Shown piece by piece: positions 60,601-64,000 of a DNA stretch of 64,000 nucleotides. Position numbers and translations under genes: made by a program. Origin of the DNA: a virus (taxonomy: Duplodnaviria > Caudoviricetes). The stretch is from IMG/VR virus record IMGVR_UViG_3300037400_002947, positions 32,001-96,000 of that record; one strand, given 5' to 3'. Positions within the stretch are counted from its first letter, which is position 1; the number at the start of each line of letters is the position of its first letter. Below the pieces are notes generated by a model that was not told the origin of the DNA, searched no databases, and saw only the letters and a program-made list of their open reading frames with translations.

Positions 60601-61751
60601 AGAACTACGTAGTAAAAGTTGTCCGTAACACAGTTGATGTAGGGTACATCACCATCAAGGCAGATAGCGCCGCAGAAGCTGTGCGGAAATATTATTATCC
60701 AATCGCCGGAGTTGAAGACATTGTCTTTGACGATGAGATTGATTGGGAAGAAACGGAAATGGAATATACGGCAACAGCTGAGGAGGATTGATCATGGAAA
60801 ACAGAATCGAGTTTATCAAGGAAATGGAAACATTCTGCCGTAAGTGTCGCGCACTCGAAGACCTTGTCATTGAGCGTGGTTATGTAGCGTATCACTTCGA
60901 CCGCCCCGAGTGGGAACAGAAAGAGTTCGTTAAGACAAACGGAGAGATTCCGGTCGGAAATGACGAGTGCATCTGCATCAGATGGAAGGATCAGTCGCCG
61001 AAGTTCGGAATCATTCAGCCGATTAACGGAGACAGCTGCTACGGAATTCTGATTGATGCGATGAAACATATCACTAGGATTGGCTGATTGCCAAGAAAGG
61101 GGACAATGTTATGAAGAATTATTTGTTAGATGCGGTAAAGGAGTTCGCGGAGTACAACTTTAATCTTCCGGACGAAGAACAGGTGACGGTAGAAACAGAA
61201 TTTGTCAACCTGTCAAATCCGTGGATGGATCAGTCGGGGCGCTTCGAACTGACCGACTACGAAGCAGTGAAGGAATGGGGATTACCTGCCGTTGTTGCTT
61301 TCTACGAGAAAGCGATGTCGTTAAGGCAAATGGTGAAGTGGATTGCGGAAAGGATGGAAATGAATGGCTAATTACAGAACTGTTCGTGAACTGAAACCGT
61401 ATAAAGGAGCCGAGATTACTCGGCTTCACAAGGATGGAATCTTTAGTTACTTCGCATTCATGGGTGACGGAACGACTCTTCGGGCGAGGACATTAAAAGA
61501 ACTGAAGGGAAAGGTAAGAGAGTATGACAAAGCGGAGCTGTGCTAACTGTGAACATCGTGCGTGGAGCAGTTGGAGTGGCATCGATTACTGTATGTGGTA
61601 CGAGATGGTGACGACAGATGAGGAGTACGAAAAAGAAGCGGCGGTTTGCCAGAAGTATGAAGAAGGAACACCATACTGCTTAACGGAAGAGGCGCTGCAT
61701 GAGAATGACCGTGACGAGTGGGATTACTACTGGTCGACACGGGGTGTCTAA
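60597..61751 (+). CDS. Run of five small hypothetical ORFs (60597-60791, 60788-61087, 61111-61371, 61364-61546, 61524-61751)
   Basis: Overlapping start/stop coupling and RBSs. Confidence 0.55.
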
Positions 61752-61769
61752 GCGAAAGGAGATTTAATT

Positions 61770-62312
61770 ATGGCATCTATCAACGGTATTGAAATTAAGA
61801 ACCTCAAAACATTTCGTGACCACGAAGGAGCGCAGATTGCACAGGGAGACGTATGGTGTGATGGAAAGAAGGTCGGCTTCTGGTCGCAGGATTCCTGGGG
61901 CGGACCCGATTTATTCGACGGTTGCGAGAAGATTGTTGCGCAGCGAGCGAAACTGTTTGCGGAAGGGTATCCGAAGGAAGATAAATACGCAGACTTTCAA
62001 GATGATCCAGCCATCTTTATGGGTCATCTTTTGGCACTCAAAGAGGACGAGAAGACCTACAACAAGTATTTCAAGAAAGGATATCCGAGCCTTGTATGTG
62101 TAACTGATGGTTGGCATTACAGCGCACAGGCTTTTGCGCAACGTCTCACAAAAGCAAGTCTCGAATCTGATGTGCTGAAGCCGTACATCGACGAGATGTT
62201 AAAGGGAATGTTTATGGGTAGCGACAAGAAAGTGTATATGTATACAGCCAAAACAGATTTCAAGATTGTGTGCGACAAGAATCATCCGGTTCCAGATCGG
62301 TTTGTCGGATAA
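61770..62312 (+). CDS. Hypothetical protein
   Basis: AAAGGAG RBS; QDSWGGP motif. Confidence 0.65.
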   Translation: MASINGIEIKNLKTFRDHEGAQIAQGDVWCDGKKVGFWSQDSWGGPDLFDGCEKIVAQRAKLFAEGYPKEDKYADFQDDPAIFMGHLLALKEDEKTYNKYFKKGYPSLVCVTDGWHYSAQAFAQRLTKASLESDVLKPYIDEMLKGMFMGSDKKVYMYTAKTDFKIVCDKNHPVPDRFVG

Positions 62313-62331
62313 TAGGCAGAAGGGAGCACCA

Positions 62332-62703
62332 ATGAAAGTCATTACCATAAGGGAACCGTATGTGACACCGATCATGCTGGGACTGAAGCATTACGAAACC
62401 AGAAGCTGGAAGACGAACTACCGAGGAGAGATTTACGTCCACACGGCAAAGACGCTTTTACACAGTGACGTAACTGTAGTTCCGCAATTGCCACTTGGTC
62501 ATATTGTATTGAAGGCAAAGCTGACTGATTGTATCTACATGGACGATGAATTTGTAAACGCCATTAAGAAAAATGAAACAGAATACAATCTCGGCTTTTA
62601 CGAAGTTGGTCGATATGCATGGAAGCTTGAAGATGTCGAATTAATTACGCCAATTGAGGCAAAAGGAAAGCTAGGTGTATGGAATTTTTACAAGCAGATG
62701 TAA
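62332..62703 (+). CDS. ASCH domain protein
   Basis: ITIREPY..I..GLK.YETRSW.TNYRG.IYVH..YAW.L..KGKLG.W. Confidence 0.88.
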   Translation: MKVITIREPYVTPIMLGLKHYETRSWKTNYRGEIYVHTAKTLLHSDVTVVPQLPLGHIVLKAKLTDCIYMDDEFVNAIKKNETEYNLGFYEVGRYAWKLEDVELITPIEAKGKLGVWNFYKQM

Positions 62704-62727
62704 AACGCAGACAGAGGAGAAAAACAT

Positions 62728-63194
62728 ATGACGATTTATGTGGTAAGTAAAACGCTTTACGGAAAAGATGTTGTAGATGATCTCGGCTACAGAGGATGCT
62801 CAACGGAAATCATCGGCGCTTTTCTCAACGAGGATTATGCGCGAGACTTGCAGGAAGACACACTGAACGCAAGCGACTTAAATATCTATCCGTATGAAGG
62901 CGAAGCGGATCCGGACGAGACGTACATTGACGTCGTCCTTGAAGAAGTGGAGGTGGGCGAATGATTGATTATATTGAATACAACGGAAAGTGCTGGCGTG
63001 TCGAATGGGTATATGTCGAAGGTTGGGGCAACCGCTTAATCGGAACCGAATCTTTAGAGCGAGAGTTAATCCCCAATGGAAAGTACAGGGACGAAGAGGC
63101 AGAGCATATTGATGATTCTATCTTCTATTATGTGCCAGACAAAGAGATCAATAGAAAGGATCTTGGGCAATATGTCTCGCAGGAAGTTGGATGA
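62728..63194 (+). CDS. Two small acidic hypothetical ORFs (62728-62964, 62961-63194)
   Basis: GAGGAG/GGAGG RBSs, ATGA coupling. Confidence 0.6.
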
Positions 63195-63250
63195 ATAATT
63201 ATGCATAAAGAGAAAACGTTGTGCACATTTAACAAAAGGAGAGGGTGCAT

Positions 63251-63832
63251 ATGTATAAGGAAATGAAGCTGATGGATCTGGCAAAACTCGTATACGAAAT
63301 GCGAAGCGGAGAAACAATCGACTTCGCAAACGGAACGGCTGATGAAGCTAATTTGTATGGTGGATGGTGCGGCGTCAAGATGATCGAAGATTTCGGTCAG
63401 GACAATCTTCAGTACTTAATTGGGCATTACGGCGGACAGGCCTATGTAAAACATTACGCCATCAGCGAGTATGATGAAAGAATTGGAGATTTTTGCGAAT
63501 CTCACACGAGAGATGTTGATTGCATCGCTCGAATGCTTGCCGACTTCATCATCTTCTATGATGACGTTGTAAGCGAAACCGTCACCGTTGACCTTCCGGA
63601 TACGGAACTAGTTGAGATTTGCCCACACTGCTACCATGAAAACCACGTCTTAAACTGGGACGTTGAAAAGCGCGGTTATATTGCGGAATGTGATGAATGC
63701 GGAAAGAAAATGTTCCTTTGCGACGCATGCTTACATGCTGACGATAATCCTCAACAGACATGTGACTGGCACACGGAAACAATGTGCGGAGTAACGTTTA
63801 GCAGCTGCAAAAGAGGGAGATATAAAGAATGA
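63251..63832 (+). CDS. Hypothetical protein with C-terminal Zn ribbon
   Basis: EICPHC..EN..C..CG..MFLCDAC. Confidence 0.6.
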   Translation: MYKEMKLMDLAKLVYEMRSGETIDFANGTADEANLYGGWCGVKMIEDFGQDNLQYLIGHYGGQAYVKHYAISEYDERIGDFCESHTRDVDCIARMLADFIIFYDDVVSETVTVDLPDTELVEICPHCYHENHVLNWDVEKRGYIAECDECGKKMFLCDACLHADDNPQQTCDWHTETMCGVTFSSCKRGRYKE

Positions 63833-64000
63833 GAGTAAAAGAACTTAAGAAAATCCTTGATGGGATGAACGAAGAAGCGATCGTATATATCAGTAATCCT
63901 AATCTTTACGGAAGTGATTATCAGACGGCGCATGAGACGTGCGGCATCCGGTATGTTGTCAGCGCAAACGAAGAAGTCTGGTTCGAAACGTACGCAGACG

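Noticed and set aside
1-64000. Stop-codon recoding (TAG reassignment)
   Set aside because: Genes are full length under the standard code; the breaks are explained by introns

Overview
A 64 kb piece of a large SPbeta-like (YonO RNA polymerase-encoding) tailed phage or prophage of a Firmicute host. Two arms diverge from an AT-rich ~1.1 kb gap at ~45.45-46.6 kb. The minus-strand arm, read right to left, carries a macro domain protein, an intein-containing C5 DNA methyltransferase, dUTPase, RNA ligase, cysteine desulfurase, a YonO-like RNAP, HU, ClpP and a ROOL-like large ncRNA, followed by the full morphogenesis module (terminase, portal, protease/scaffold, capsid, neck, tail tube, tape measure, Dit). 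The plus-strand arm carries small early/accessory genes (JAB/RadC, PcfJ-like, M28 peptidase, three methyltransferases, GP88-like, ASCH). Structure not shown by the ORF track: (1) three group I introns in virion genes (tape measure, a neck gene, tail tube), with splice junctions that restore the reading frames exactly; (2) a ~4008-aa tape measure protein carrying ADP-ribosyltransferase-like and kinase-like domains at its N-terminus; (3) an HNH endonuclease inserted in frame in a methyltransferase with no intron or intein; (4) a malformed tRNA with an 8-nt CUUCUAAA anticodon loop; (5) a recurring CAATATAAC motif at promoters and ribosome binding sites. Family calls rest on motif recognition and gene order; no database searches were run.
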